Both the position numbers and the translations under genes were made by a program. The notes below the pieces were generated by a model. That model did no database searches. It was not told the DNA's origin and was given only the letters and a program-made list of their open reading frames with translations. 64,000 bases of DNA from Candidatus Yanofskybacteria bacterium RIFCSPLOWO2_02_FULL_44_18 (lineage in GTDB: Bacteria > Patescibacteriota > Minisyncoccia > 2-02-FULL-40-12 > GWA2-44-9), in NCBI GenBank assembly GCA_001794755.1, contig MGKT01000008.1, positions 11,491-75,490 of the forward strand. Reading direction: 5' to 3'. Each line of letters begins with the position of its first letter. Within the stretch, counting starts at the first letter, position 1. Of the stretch, positions 1 to 9,004 are shown one piece after another.

Positions 1-888
1 TCCGATGGGATTTTTCTTTTTTCCCAGTGAAAATTCCGCAGGAATGATTTTTGGCACTTCTTCAACCGCTTCAACGGCTTTGGCCACGGACTTTTCCTTG
101 GATTTAGAATCAGCCAATCTGGGAGTCATTTCAGTCATGTCCGGAGCAGTAGCTGGCGGCGCATCTAATTCCCGCGGCTGGGGCCGGGCTTTGACGGCTG
201 ATTCCTTGACCTCTCGCATGTTTATATACAGCGCCGTGCAGGCGAAATTTTCTTTATTCCCTTTAATTTCGTTTATTTTATCGGCGAATTCTTCCGGTTT
301 TGACTTGGCCAAGTACTCTTTTATGGTTTTTTCTCTGGCGGTTATGGATCGGTTTGGATAAAACGCGAACAGTCTGTCGTCAAGGCAAAGTTTGCCGGAT
401 ATCACGCTGGAAAATTCTTTTTCTTCGACGTGCTCTTTTTTAAATAGCTCAATGTTGTTTAAAATATCAATATTTTTTCCGGCTCGGGAAAGAATGACTT
501 TGAACTTTCCTAGCTTGGATATGTATACCTGATCTCCGGCAATGGCAAAAACCCCGATGTTTATTTTCGCGTCTTTCTTGGTGAAGAATTCGTCAACTAC
601 GTCGTTTACTTTCCGAAGGGCATTCGTAAACGCGTCGCGGGGCGATATTCCGGAATTTGAATAATATTCGCGCTTGGCCAATGACGCGACGAGGTTCGTG
701 GCATAAGCCAAGTCATTCCCGTTGCTGTCTTCACCGCCGGATATGTTGCCGAGAACAAAGAGGTTGCCCAAACCTCTTCTGTCATCGTCGTTTTCGTAGT
801 CATAAATAAAAGTATCGCTATGTCCTTCCTGGGCCGCGCCTTTAATCAATATTTCCTGGGCTGCTGGTTTTGTATAGACTCTTTCCAT
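1..888 (-). CDS. Hypothetical protein, partial (runs off window start); weak PP2C/SpoIIE-like fold pattern
   Basis: Minus-strand frame open from ATG at 888..886 to the window edge with no stop. It is absent from the ORF track because it has no in-window stop. Translation MERVYTKPAAQEILIKGAAQEGHSDTFIYDYENDDDRRGLGNLFVLGNISGGEDSNG...IGVFAIAGDQVYISKLGKFKVILSRAGK resembles a PP2C layout, but the canonical metal-binding Asp residues are not evident. The listed +5..361 and -606..803 ORFs are antisense or off-frame to it. Confidence 0.5.
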   Translation of the reverse strand, partial: MERVYTKPAAQEILIKGAAQEGHSDTFIYDYENDDDRRGLGNLFVLGNISGGEDSNGNDLAYATNLVASLAKREYYSNSGISPRDAFTNALRKVNDVVDEFFTKKDAKINIGVFAIAGDQVYISKLGKFKVILSRAGKNIDILNNIELFKKEHVEEKEFSSVISGKLCLDDRLFAFYPNRSITAREKTIKEYLAKSKPEEFADKINEIKGNKENFACTALYINMREVKESAVKARPQPRELDAPPATAPDMTEMTPRLADSKSKEKSVAKAVEAVEEVPKIIPAEFSLGKKKNPIG

Positions 889-929
889 GGTTTAGCGGAG
901 AAGTTTTTTAATCGCCTAATTTCTGTGTG

Positions 930-958
930 TTGCAAAAATCAATCGAGTTCTGTAATAT
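930..958 (+). promoter_or_regulatory. Sigma70-like promoter TTGCAA-N17-TAATAT
   Basis: TTGCAA at 930-935, a 17-nt spacer, then TAATAT at 953-958, about 20 nt upstream of the 978 ORF. Confidence 0.45.
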
Positions 959-977
959 ACCACCATTCTAAATTCAC

Positions 978-1175
978 GTGACGCATATGTCAAAGCCAAC
1001 TCTTGATAACCTGTTCGGATCAAAGCTTCGGGTTAAAGTTTTAAAGTTCCTGTTCCGCAATTATCCCAACGATTTTAGCATCCGCGATGTGGCCAAATTT
1101 GTCCAGGAATCGTATGACGCCACCAAGATGGAGATAGAATCCCTGAAAGAAATCGGATTGGTCAGGAAAAAATAA
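978..1175 (+). CDS. Small hypothetical protein (65 aa), possible winged-helix DNA-binding
   Basis: ORF follows the promoter. Basic/helical sequence (KVLKFLFRNYPNDFSIRDVAKFVQ). Stop/start coupled to the next ORF (TAA-c-ATG). Confidence 0.45.
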   Translation: MTHMSKPTLDNLFGSKLRVKVLKFLFRNYPNDFSIRDVAKFVQESYDATKMEIESLKEIGLVRKK

Positions 1176-1176
1176 C

Positions 1177-1632
1177 ATGAAAAAGAAAACCAAAAAGAAA
1201 AATGCCGTCCGAAGAGTTAAAACTCGATCCACAAGCGAGAGATTTGTTTTAAATCCCAATTACGAATTCTACAACGAATTAAGAAGCCTGGTTTTGAAAG
1301 CTTCTCCGGCCGAGAAAGATAAATTAATAAAAAGAATTTCCAATTTGGGCCGAATCAGACTGGCGATAATATCGGGTATCTTTTTATCAACCGGAGATGA
1401 CAATTCCGGAAACGGAAATTCGGTGGCTGATTTGTTTATCGTCGGGGACGATATAAACAGAAAAAGATTGAGAACATTTCTGGCCAGTCTTGAAGCGGAA
1501 GTGGGAAGAGAAGTTCGATTCAGTCTCATGGATAAAGAAGAATTTGAATATCGGTTCGGAATGTTTGACCGCTTTGTCCGGGTTATGCTTGAGAATCCCC
1601 ATGAGAAAATAATTAACCGGCTGGGGATCTAA
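1177..1632 (+). CDS. Hypothetical protein (151 aa)
   Basis: ORF translationally coupled to the 978 ORF. Lys-rich N-terminus. No family recognised. Confidence 0.5.
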   Translation: MKKKTKKKNAVRRVKTRSTSERFVLNPNYEFYNELRSLVLKASPAEKDKLIKRISNLGRIRLAIISGIFLSTGDDNSGNGNSVADLFIVGDDINRKRLRTFLASLEAEVGREVRFSLMDKEEFEYRFGMFDRFVRVMLENPHEKIINRLGI

Positions 1633-1801
1633 ACGCTCAACCGAATCACTTTTGACGCACCAGTCGCTCGCCCCAGCGAGGCTCGCTCCCTACGGTGCTC
1701 GGTCTGGCTTTTGTCAAGATATTCGCTTCGCTCAATCATTGACAAAACCGTGCAGCCAGATTCGCAGGTTGGTCAAAAGCGATTCGGTTTCGGTTCATTC
1801 T

Positions 1802-2665
1802 ATGCATACTCCTGTTTTATTAAATGAGGTTTTGGATTATTTAAATCTTGCTTCCGGCAAGAAATTTATTGATTGCACATTAAACGGCGGGGGGCATACG
1901 AAAGCTGTTCTGGAAAAATTTTCGGGCGTGGAAATTTTGGGAATTGAATACGATCCGGTCATTGCCGCCCAAGTCTCCAAGGAACTGTCCGTCAAAGTTG
2001 TTAACGACTCGTATATAAATCTGCGCGCGATTGCGGAGGCCGGCAGTTTTTATCCCGATGCCGTATTATTCGATCTCGGTCTTTCTTCATGGCATTATGA
2101 ATCAAGCGGCCGCGGTTTCAGTTTCCAGAAAAATGAGCCCTTGGATATGCGTTTTAATCCCATGGCTAATTCCTTAACCGCGGCGGAAATAATCAACATG
2201 CAGCCGGAAAATGATATTTGCGAAATTCTTAAAGAATATGGCGAAGAGCAATTCGCGGAATCAATATCCAGGGCGATTATAAAAGCAAGGCAGATAAAGC
2301 CGATTCGAACGACTCTTGAATTGGCTGAAATTATATCCAACAGCGTTCCCGGCTGGTATAAGAAAAGAAAAATTAATCCGGCCACAAAAACATTCCAAGC
2401 GTTAAGGATTGCCGTCAATGATGAGTTGGAGAACGTAAAAAGGGGAGTAGCGGCGGCGATTGATGTTTTAAACCCCGGCGGCCGGCTGGTTGTCATTTCA
2501 TTTCAGGGTCTGGAGGACAAGATTGTCAGGGAAATATTCAAAGAAAAAGCAAAAGAGGGTATATTAAAATATGTCGTCAGAGGAACCATAAGGCCGACAT
2601 GGACCGAACAGCAATCCAATCCTCGTTCCCGATCGGCCAAAATGAAGGTGGCAGAAAAGACATAG
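1802..2665 (+). CDS. rsmH: 16S rRNA (cytosine1402-N4)-methyltransferase RsmH (MraW)
   Basis: Translation from the ATG at 1802 begins MHTPVLLNEVLDYL..., typical of RsmH, and contains the SAM-MTase body. The upstream in-frame extension to 1652 lies in a GC-rich structured leader and is probably not coding. Confidence 0.85.
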   Translation: MHTPVLLNEVLDYLNLASGKKFIDCTLNGGGHTKAVLEKFSGVEILGIEYDPVIAAQVSKELSVKVVNDSYINLRAIAEAGSFYPDAVLFDLGLSSWHYESSGRGFSFQKNEPLDMRFNPMANSLTAAEIINMQPENDICEILKEYGEEQFAESISRAIIKARQIKPIRTTLELAEIISNSVPGWYKKRKINPATKTFQALRIAVNDELENVKRGVAAAIDVLNPGGRLVVISFQGLEDKIVREIFKEKAKEGILKYVVRGTIRPTWTEQQSNPRSRSAKMKVAEKT

Positions 2666-2736
2666 GGCGGTTAGTTCAGTGGTAGAACGTCCGATTCACA
2701 TTCGGAAGGTCGCAGGTTCAATCCCTGCACCGCCCA
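2665..2736 (+). tRNA. tRNA-Val (anticodon CAC)
   Basis: Cloverleaf read by eye: acceptor GGGCGGT/ACCGCCC, D-arm GTTC-AGTGGTA-GAAC, anticodon stem TCCGA/TCGGA with loop TTCACAT, T-arm GCAGG-TTCAATC-CCTGC, discriminator A. No encoded CCA. Confidence 0.85.
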
Positions 2737-2790
2737 CTTGCGAAAATATAAATTCGTGGTATTGTTTATAAAGTTTTTTTGGGAGGACAA

Positions 2791-3075
2791 ATGAAGGTGA
2801 GACTTTACCCGAAATCGCCTGACCGGCTGATAAATGATAATGATTCGTGCCGCGGCTTCATGAGTGGGCTGATGCGCGATCATAATCTTTCGTTTGCTGA
2901 CGTTTCAAAGATTGATAATGCGAATCTCAAACAGGTGAACATGATTGGGAGTGAAGGAAAACCTATCCTGGAATCGTGGTGGCAAGTGATAAAAGATAAT
3001 CCCAATTGCATTCTGGTGCTGAATGTGTTTTTTACAACAATAATGTTATTTCTCATCATACTTCTCTTCATATAG
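2791..3075 (+). CDS. Small hypothetical membrane protein (94 aa)
   Basis: SD-like GGGAGGA at 2781-2787 before the ATG at 2791. Hydrophobic C-terminus. Ends at the terminator. Confidence 0.45.
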   Translation: MKVRLYPKSPDRLINDNDSCRGFMSGLMRDHNLSFADVSKIDNANLKQVNMIGSEGKPILESWWQVIKDNPNCILVLNVFFTTIMLFLIILLFI

Positions 3076-3098
3076 CGGCCATGGCCGCTTTTTGTTTC
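3075..3098 (+). terminator. Rho-independent terminator
   Basis: Perfect palindrome GCGGCCATGGCCGC followed by TTTTTGTTTC. Confidence 0.6.
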
Positions 3099-3148
3099 TA
3101 GTTATCCACATTGTATCTTCATAATCCATCTGATAATATGACTTTGAA

Positions 3149-3188
3149 GTGGAAAGAAGTGGGAGAGAGTGGATAATTTTGTGGATAA
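3149..3188 (+). promoter_or_regulatory. Putative MraZ operator: four direct GTGG repeats at ~10-bp periodicity
   Basis: GTGG at 3149, 3159, 3169 and 3181 (GTGGAAAG, GTGGGAGA, GTGGATAA, GTGGATAA), immediately upstream of the mraZ ATG at 3195. TTATCCACA (3102-3110) and its reverse complement TGTGGATAA (3180-3188) are DnaA-box-like 9-mers. A TAATAT -10-like hexamer lies at ~3133. Confidence 0.5.
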
Positions 3189-3194
3189 CTAAAT

Positions 3195-3629
3195 ATGTTA
3201 ATAGGCGAGTTTAAACACAACCTAGATGCCAAGAAAAGACTCGCCATACCTTCAAAACTCAGAAAAGAGCTTGGCGAAGGCGCGGTTCTAACCAGGGGAT
3301 TGGATAATTGTCTTTTTGTCTTTCCGTCTTCCGCTTGGAACGAGTTTACCGCCAAAGTCGGGAACTTATCTTTTGCCCAGCAAAGCGCAAGGGCATTCAG
3401 CCGATTGATGCTCTCTGGTGCAGTTGAAGTCGAATTTGATTCATTGGGCCGAATATTGATTCCGGATTATTTAAAAACGTACGCCGGCTTGAACAAAACG
3501 GCCATAATTACCGGCATATACAACCGTTTGGAAATATGGGATGAGCCCAAATGGAGTGCTTACAAGGAAAATATTGAAAAAAATTCAGACGCCATTGCCG
3601 AAAGATTGGGCGAGTTGGGCATAATGTAG
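3195..3629 (+). CDS. mraZ: Transcriptional regulator MraZ
   Basis: MLIGEFKHNLDAKKRLAIPSKLRKELG..., a duplicated SpoVT/AbrB-like MraZ fold, in a division/cell-wall (dcw) gene context. Confidence 0.9.
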   Translation: MLIGEFKHNLDAKKRLAIPSKLRKELGEGAVLTRGLDNCLFVFPSSAWNEFTAKVGNLSFAQQSARAFSRLMLSGAVEVEFDSLGRILIPDYLKTYAGLNKTAIITGIYNRLEIWDEPKWSAYKENIEKNSDAIAERLGELGIM

Positions 3630-3634
3630 CGTCC

Positions 3635-3710
3635 GGAAGGTGGTTAGCGAGGAGTTGGGCTTAACATGGTAGGGGGTACCTCAAAAAGCCGCCTCGCTAT
3701 TCACCTTTTG
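3635..3710 (+). other. Long imperfect inverted repeat/hairpin with trailing T-run between mraZ and the ftsL-like gene
   Basis: GGAAGGTGGTTAGCGAGG (3635-3652) pairs with CCTCGCTATTCACCTT (3692-3707) around a ~40-nt loop, followed by TTTTGG. Possible attenuator or processing structure. Confidence 0.4.
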
Positions 3711-3732
3711 GACGTAACCGGGTGGGGAAGGA

Positions 3733-4083
3733 ATGCCTCTGCCGGACCGATTGACCGTAAATAACAATACATTATCAAAGTCGGATCTCGCGCCGCGCGT
3801 CAATGGTATTATTTTTATTAATTTTCTCCTTCTGGGAATTTTTATTTCTCTCATTTTCGGTTACGTAGTTTTCAGCAATAAAATAACCGCAGACAGCTAC
3901 CAGGTTAAGATTTTAAATGACCGCATCTTGAATTTAACAGAAGACCACGGCGCATTAACCGCTCATCAGGCCGAATTGGAAGATGAATCTCTTCTAGCCG
4001 ACTACGCGCAGACCCACAATATGGTTGAAGCCGCGGATATAAGCTATTTGTTTGAAAACGGCGATGTCGCTTTGAGGAGATAG
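3733..4083 (+). CDS. FtsL-like cell division protein (single TM + coiled coil)
   Basis: 116 aa with N-terminal TM helix IIFINFLLLGIFISLIFGYVVF followed by a helical region. Sits between mraZ and ftsI, as ftsL does in dcw clusters. RBS GGGGAAGGA. Confidence 0.5.
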   Translation: MPLPDRLTVNNNTLSKSDLAPRVNGIIFINFLLLGIFISLIFGYVVFSNKITADSYQVKILNDRILNLTEDHGALTAHQAELEDESLLADYAQTHNMVEAADISYLFENGDVALRR

Positions 4084-4098
4084 TAGTATAATTGAAAA

Positions 4099-5850
4099 AT
4101 GAGCCGTCATGAAACCTTAAGAGTCAATATATTTTTCGGCTGCATTATCCTTGTCTCAAGCCTAATTCTTTACAGGCTTTTTATTTTATCTTACATCAAA
4201 CACACGGCGTATTCTTTGAGCGCCGCCGCCCAAAGCGACAATATAAATAACGTGCTGGCCAGAGGGAACATATATTTCAAAGATCCGCTGTCGGAGGAGA
4301 CGAATAATTTGTTTCTGGCGGCGACAAATAAAAAATTTCCGACGGCGCACGTCGTGCCGAATAAAATTCCACCTGATTCCAGAAATGAGATTGCCGAAAA
4401 ATTAAGCGGCATAGTGGCGGCGGATAAAGAAGCGGTGCTGAAAATTTTAAATTCTAATTCCTCAAACTTAAAAGTGCTCGCCCGCAAAATATCAAACGAA
4501 CAAGTCAACGCCGTTAAGGGCATGGGTCTTAAGGGTGTCGGTGTATCTTATGAAATGGACAGATTTTACCCCGGTGGGAACACGGGCGCAGATGTTTTAG
4601 GGTTTTTGGGCTATGACTCTTCGGGCCGATCGGGCCAATATGGAGTCGAGGCTTATTACGATTCGGATTTATTCGGAAGAGTGGACGATCCGTCCAAAGC
4701 GCCAATCGAATCAGCAAAAGGCCTGATATCGTCGGCCAAAGGCCTTTTTTCCAAAGACTATAAACCTATTCCCAGTCCCGATATTAAGATTAACCGTCCG
4801 GCCGATTTGGTTTTAACCATAGATAAGAACATCCAGGCGTATATCGAAGACAAAGCCGAGGAGTTGATGGCCAAATGGAGCGCGACCGGCGTGACGATTA
4901 TCGTCCAAGACCCGGCCACGGGCAAAATATTAAGTATCGTAGATCGGCCGACATTTAATCCCAACTCGTACAGTACGGCCAAGCCGGAGATGTTTTTGAA
5001 CAGAAGCACCCAAGAAATTTTTGAGCCGGGCTCGTCATTTAAGCCGTTCACCATGGCCGCGGGACTGGATTTGGCCAAAATAACGCCGCAATCATTTTTT
5101 CACGATACGGGCTCGGTGACCGTGGCCGGTTATACGATAAAAAATTTCAGCGACAAAATATTCGGTTCAGTAACCATGAGTCAAGTTTTGGAGAAATCAA
5201 TCAATACCGGCGTCATGCATGTCGAAAATTTGGTGGGGGATGATAATTTTTTGAATTACGTGGTCAATATGGGATTCGGACAGAAAACGGGCATAGACAT
5301 GCCCGGAGAATTGCACGGAGACATAACAAATTTGTATTCCGGCCGAAAAATTAATTATCTGACGGCTTCTTTCGGCCAAGGCATAGCCGTAACGCCGATG
5401 CAATTAATCAACGCTTACTCCGCCATCGCCAACGGCGGCAAACTGATGCGTCCGTATGTCGTGGAAAAAATAATAAAGGAAAATGGAAAAGAAGAAATAA
5501 CAAAACCGGAAATCGTGGCTATACCGATAGGGGACAAAACATCCCAGAAATTAAAATCAATGCTTGTAAGCGTCGTCGATAACGGTTTTGACAAAGCTCG
5601 GATTGCCGGATACGATGTTGCCGGTAAAACGGGAACAGCTCAAATCCCGGATGGCAAAGGCGGATATCTGGAAAACGAATTTATACACGACTTTGTCGGA
5701 TTCGCGCCGGCCTATAATCCTAAATTCGTAGTGTTGATTAAGATGGACAAGCCCCAAGGCATAACGTTTGCCGCCGACAGCTTGTCACCGACGTTCAAAG
5801 ATATCGCCAACTATCTTATCCGCTATTTTAATATCCCGCCGACAAGATAA
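4099..5850 (+). CDS. ftsI: Peptidoglycan D,D-transpeptidase FtsI (PBP, class B)
   Basis: N-terminal TM, then SxxK (SSFKPF), SxN (SINTG) and KTG (AGKTGTAQ) motifs in order. Confidence 0.85.
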   Translation: MSRHETLRVNIFFGCIILVSSLILYRLFILSYIKHTAYSLSAAAQSDNINNVLARGNIYFKDPLSEETNNLFLAATNKKFPTAHVVPNKIPPDSRNEIAEKLSGIVAADKEAVLKILNSNSSNLKVLARKISNEQVNAVKGMGLKGVGVSYEMDRFYPGGNTGADVLGFLGYDSSGRSGQYGVEAYYDSDLFGRVDDPSKAPIESAKGLISSAKGLFSKDYKPIPSPDIKINRPADLVLTIDKNIQAYIEDKAEELMAKWSATGVTIIVQDPATGKILSIVDRPTFNPNSYSTAKPEMFLNRSTQEIFEPGSSFKPFTMAAGLDLAKITPQSFFHDTGSVTVAGYTIKNFSDKIFGSVTMSQVLEKSINTGVMHVENLVGDDNFLNYVVNMGFGQKTGIDMPGELHGDITNLYSGRKINYLTASFGQGIAVTPMQLINAYSAIANGGKLMRPYVVEKIIKENGKEEITKPEIVAIPIGDKTSQKLKSMLVSVVDNGFDKARIAGYDVAGKTGTAQIPDGKGGYLENEFIHDFVGFAPAYNPKFVVLIKMDKPQGITFAADSLSPTFKDIANYLIRYFNIPPTR

Positions 5851-7136
5851 TGCTGGAATCAATTCTAAAATTCAAACTGAATATATTGGCCCACATGTAT
5901 TTGCGCCGTTTTAATCCCATGATTATCGCCGTAACCGGCAATGTCGGCAAAACTTCGACGAAGGAAGCCATCGGAGTTGTTGTTGCCAAGATTAAGAAAA
6001 CAAGAATCAGTGGGGGCAATTTGAATAACGAACTCGGAATCCCGATGACAATATTGGGGGATTGGGAAAAAGAATATTATGACAAAGGCCCGTCATTGTT
6101 TTTCTGGATTAAGGTGCTGATGGCCGGTTTTTTTAAATATTTTTTTCCTCAATCGTATCCCGAGGTATTGCTTTTGGAATACGGCGCCGATAAGCCTGGA
6201 GATATCGCCAGGCTGGCGCGGAAGTACCGGCCCCATATTTCGGTGGTTACATCGGTGGGCGACATACCCGTTCATGTCGAAAATTTTGCCAATCCTGAGG
6301 CTGTGGCCCATGAAAAATCTAATCTCGTAAAGATTCTCGATGTTCGGGACTATGCCGTTCTGTCGTATGATGACATGTCGGTGCGGGAAATGAAGAATGT
6401 GACCAAGGCTCACGTCCAAACTTTCGGATTTGAACAAGGAGCCACAGTCGTCGTTTCTGATTTCAAATTAATTTCCGCCCAAAGGCCTATCGGCGTTGAG
6501 TTCAACTTGGTTCATGAGGGGGAAAATGATCCAGTGAGCATAAAAGGAAGCCTCGGGAAGGCGATTGGCCAGTCAGCGGCGGCTGCCGCTTGTGTTGGCG
6601 TTATACTGGGTTTGGATATGCGCGATATCGCCGCTGCTTTAAACGGATGTACCGGGCCCAAGGGCAGATTGAAGATAATAGAGGGAATAAAAAAATCATG
6701 GATAATCGACGATACGTATAACGCGGCGCCGGCTTCCACGCGTTTAGCCCTTGAGACGTTAAGAGATATTCCCGCAAAAAGAAAGATCGCGGTTTTAGGG
6801 GATATGCTGGAATTGGGCTCATACTCCGTAGACGCTCATAAAACTATCGGCGATTTAGTTGGAAATGCGGCCGATGTTCTCGTAACCGTGGGCATGAAAT
6901 CCAAATTCATCGCCGACGCGGCCGGTAATCAGATGATGAAAGAAAATATTTTTTCATTTCAAACATCAGAGGAAGCCAAGTTAAAAGTTCAGGATTTGAT
7001 GCAAGAGGGGGACTTAGTGCTGGTTAAGGGTTCGCAGGGTATGCGGATGGAGAAAATAGTCGAAGAAATCATGGCCGAACCGGATAAGGCGAAAGATTTG
7101 CTTGTCAGGCAATCTCAAAGCTGGAAGAAGAAATAA
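5850..7136 (+). CDS. murF: Mur ligase family, probably UDP-MurNAc-tripeptide D-Ala-D-Ala ligase MurF
   Basis: Mur ligase P-loop AVTGNVGKTSTKE, DDTYNAAPAS and KGSQGMRMEKIV motifs. Overlaps the ftsI stop (TAATG). Confidence 0.7.
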   Translation: MLESILKFKLNILAHMYLRRFNPMIIAVTGNVGKTSTKEAIGVVVAKIKKTRISGGNLNNELGIPMTILGDWEKEYYDKGPSLFFWIKVLMAGFFKYFFPQSYPEVLLLEYGADKPGDIARLARKYRPHISVVTSVGDIPVHVENFANPEAVAHEKSNLVKILDVRDYAVLSYDDMSVREMKNVTKAHVQTFGFEQGATVVVSDFKLISAQRPIGVEFNLVHEGENDPVSIKGSLGKAIGQSAAAAACVGVILGLDMRDIAAALNGCTGPKGRLKIIEGIKKSWIIDDTYNAAPASTRLALETLRDIPAKRKIAVLGDMLELGSYSVDAHKTIGDLVGNAADVLVTVGMKSKFIADAAGNQMMKENIFSFQTSEEAKLKVQDLMQEGDLVLVKGSQGMRMEKIVEEIMAEPDKAKDLLVRQSQSWKKK

Positions 7137-7179
7137 GATGGTTTTTTATCAAGGAAAATGTTATGATGCATTGATTTTT

Positions 7180-7251
7180 GGCCTCATCGTCTAGCGGTTA
7201 GGACACGTGATTCTCATTCACGTAACAGGGGTTCGACTCCCCTTGAGGCTG
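7180..7251 (+). tRNA. tRNA-Glu (anticodon CTC)
   Basis: Acceptor GGCCTCA/TGAGGCT, D-arm GTCT-AGCGGTTA-GGAC, anticodon stem CGTGA/TCACG with loop TTCTCAT, 4-nt variable loop, T-arm AGGGG-TTCGACT-CCCCT, discriminator G. Confidence 0.85.
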
Positions 7252-8838
7252 CATTAGTGGATTTTTATCGTAGAGACGCTCATAATCCTTTTGTTTTACA
7301 ACGGTTTTACGAGGTTCTAGCCGTTTGTGTATCTTAGAAACTTCAGCAGATATGGTTTTCATTGGGAATAGCGATTTTTCTAAATCAATTTGCAGTATTC
7401 GGTCTTTTAGTAACAGGTTCTGACCAAGTGCCGATAAAATGCCTTTTCGAATTGCAATACTGCCGTTGTTGAATTTTCCAACCGCATCTTTAACGAATGC
7501 CAACATTTCATCAGCGACACTAAGCCATCTGTTTATTCGGTCGCCTGTATCACCAAGCAACTCCTCAAGTTGAGCCTTTTCCTTCTTTAACGGGGCCATT
7601 TTGGCGTTATACTCGTCATCTCCAATGAGTTGAGCGGCACGCATATCCATATAGCCATCAATCTTCTTTAGACAAAGCGTGTAACCTGCTTGCTGGGTCT
7701 TTAAGACAGCATTTCTGCTCCCAGCCTCTTTCTCATTCTCTTGCCGAAACCATTTCATAGCATAGGTTTGAAATTCAGGCGGTATCTGTAACTCCTCAAT
7801 CTTCTTATTGATTTGTTTCTTGAGCTCCGTAACTTCAATGGAGCCTTGGCTACAGGTAGGAGTTATTCTTTTTGAGCAGTGATAATAAACATAGTGATGG
7901 ACATTGCCATTATTTTGATGCTTCCACTTCTCTTCAATGACAATTGTGCCCTTGCACTCTCCGCATTTCATCATACCTGGAAAATCAAAAATATGATTTT
8001 TTGGTCTCGGCCGTCCTTTTCTGCCAAGTAGATATTGTATCTGGTCATATTCTTCTTCGGTAATCATCGGCTTATAGTTGCCCTTAATCCAATCTCCGCT
8101 TCCCATAGGATATTCAAAAGAACCATAGTAAAAAGGATTGCTAAAAATCTTATAGAGCGTGCTTCGGCCTATGGGTGTGCCTTGTCGTGTTTTGAACTTC
8201 CATTCTTTGGTTACTATCCTGAAAATCTCTACGACAGTGTAGTTCCCCGTGAGCATCAAATCAAACATTCGCCTGACCGTATCAAAGCGTTCGGGGTCAA
8301 CGAGGTTTTTCTTAGCTCCTCGTTCTGTATATTTATCGCTCATATAACCAATAGGGCCACGGCCAGGGAATACGCCAGCTTGTAATCGGGCCCGAAGCCC
8401 TCGTTTTACATCCTCGCCTTTATTATCATTCTCTAATTTGGCCTGACTACAGAATAGGTTGAGTAAGAATTTATCGTTAGGGGTGTTACGAAATACTTGG
8501 CTTGGCGTTCGCACTTCCACAAGCTTTTCAATATCAAAGAGATAGATAATCTTGCCTGTATCAATTGAGTTTCTTGAAATACGGCTGGCATTCCAGACCA
8601 ATAGGGCATTAGCTTCACCTTTCTCAATCTTCTCAATCATCTTATTAAAAATAGGTCGGCCTGGATGCTTAGCAGAATGGGACTCCTCTAAAGTAGCAAC
8701 GACAGAGAGCTTATCTTTTTTTGCTACGTCATCCAGTTCTCTAATTTGAGAATCAATTGAAGCTACCTGTCTATCTTCTTGTTCCGAAGACTTACGAGGG
8801 TAGATAAAGTATTTAATTTTTGTATTATCGTTTTTCAT
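7198..8838 (-). CDS. Large serine recombinase (resolvase domain + recombinase domain + zinc ribbon)
   Basis: N-terminal YPRKSSEQEDRQ (YxRxSSxxQ catalytic serine motif). Resolvase-like core. C-terminal CGECKG...C...C zinc ribbon. The last ~17 codons overlap tRNA-Glu on the opposite strand. Confidence 0.85.
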   Translation of the reverse strand: MKNDNTKIKYFIYPRKSSEQEDRQVASIDSQIRELDDVAKKDKLSVVATLEESHSAKHPGRPIFNKMIEKIEKGEANALLVWNASRISRNSIDTGKIIYLFDIEKLVEVRTPSQVFRNTPNDKFLLNLFCSQAKLENDNKGEDVKRGLRARLQAGVFPGRGPIGYMSDKYTERGAKKNLVDPERFDTVRRMFDLMLTGNYTVVEIFRIVTKEWKFKTRQGTPIGRSTLYKIFSNPFYYGSFEYPMGSGDWIKGNYKPMITEEEYDQIQYLLGRKGRPRPKNHIFDFPGMMKCGECKGTIVIEEKWKHQNNGNVHHYVYYHCSKRITPTCSQGSIEVTELKKQINKKIEELQIPPEFQTYAMKWFRQENEKEAGSRNAVLKTQQAGYTLCLKKIDGYMDMRAAQLIGDDEYNAKMAPLKKEKAQLEELLGDTGDRINRWLSVADEMLAFVKDAVGKFNNGSIAIRKGILSALGQNLLLKDRILQIDLEKSLFPMKTISAEVSKIHKRLEPRKTVVKQKDYERLYDKNPLMQPQGESNPCYVNENHVS

Positions 8839-9004
8839 AAACTAAAGGGGACAGTCTGGTTCCCCAATTCAGTTCTCCGAAGATTACCTCATTGGCAGAC
8901 TACCCCCTTTAGGGGACGAGGTAATAAAAAACGGAGCTATAAATTGGGGAACAAGTCCATTATACCATTTTGGTTAGGGTTGCCAATCATACTTTTCAAG
9001 CTAT

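Noticed and set aside
5-361. 118-aa plus-strand ORF (MGFFFFPSENSAG...) at the window start
   Set aside because: Low-complexity sequence. It lies antisense to a much longer, coherent minus-strand coding frame (1..888) that runs off the window.
1652-1801. N-terminal 50-codon extension of RsmH
   Set aside because: The extension lies in a GC-rich hairpin-forming leader and has no RsmH homology. The conserved HTPVLL start follows the ATG at 1802.
8839-9004. GGGGA/TCCCC inverted repeats between the two recombinase genes, as a possible attP-like site
   Set aside because: They are short and imperfect. They could equally be promoter or terminator structure, and there is not enough evidence to call a recombination site.
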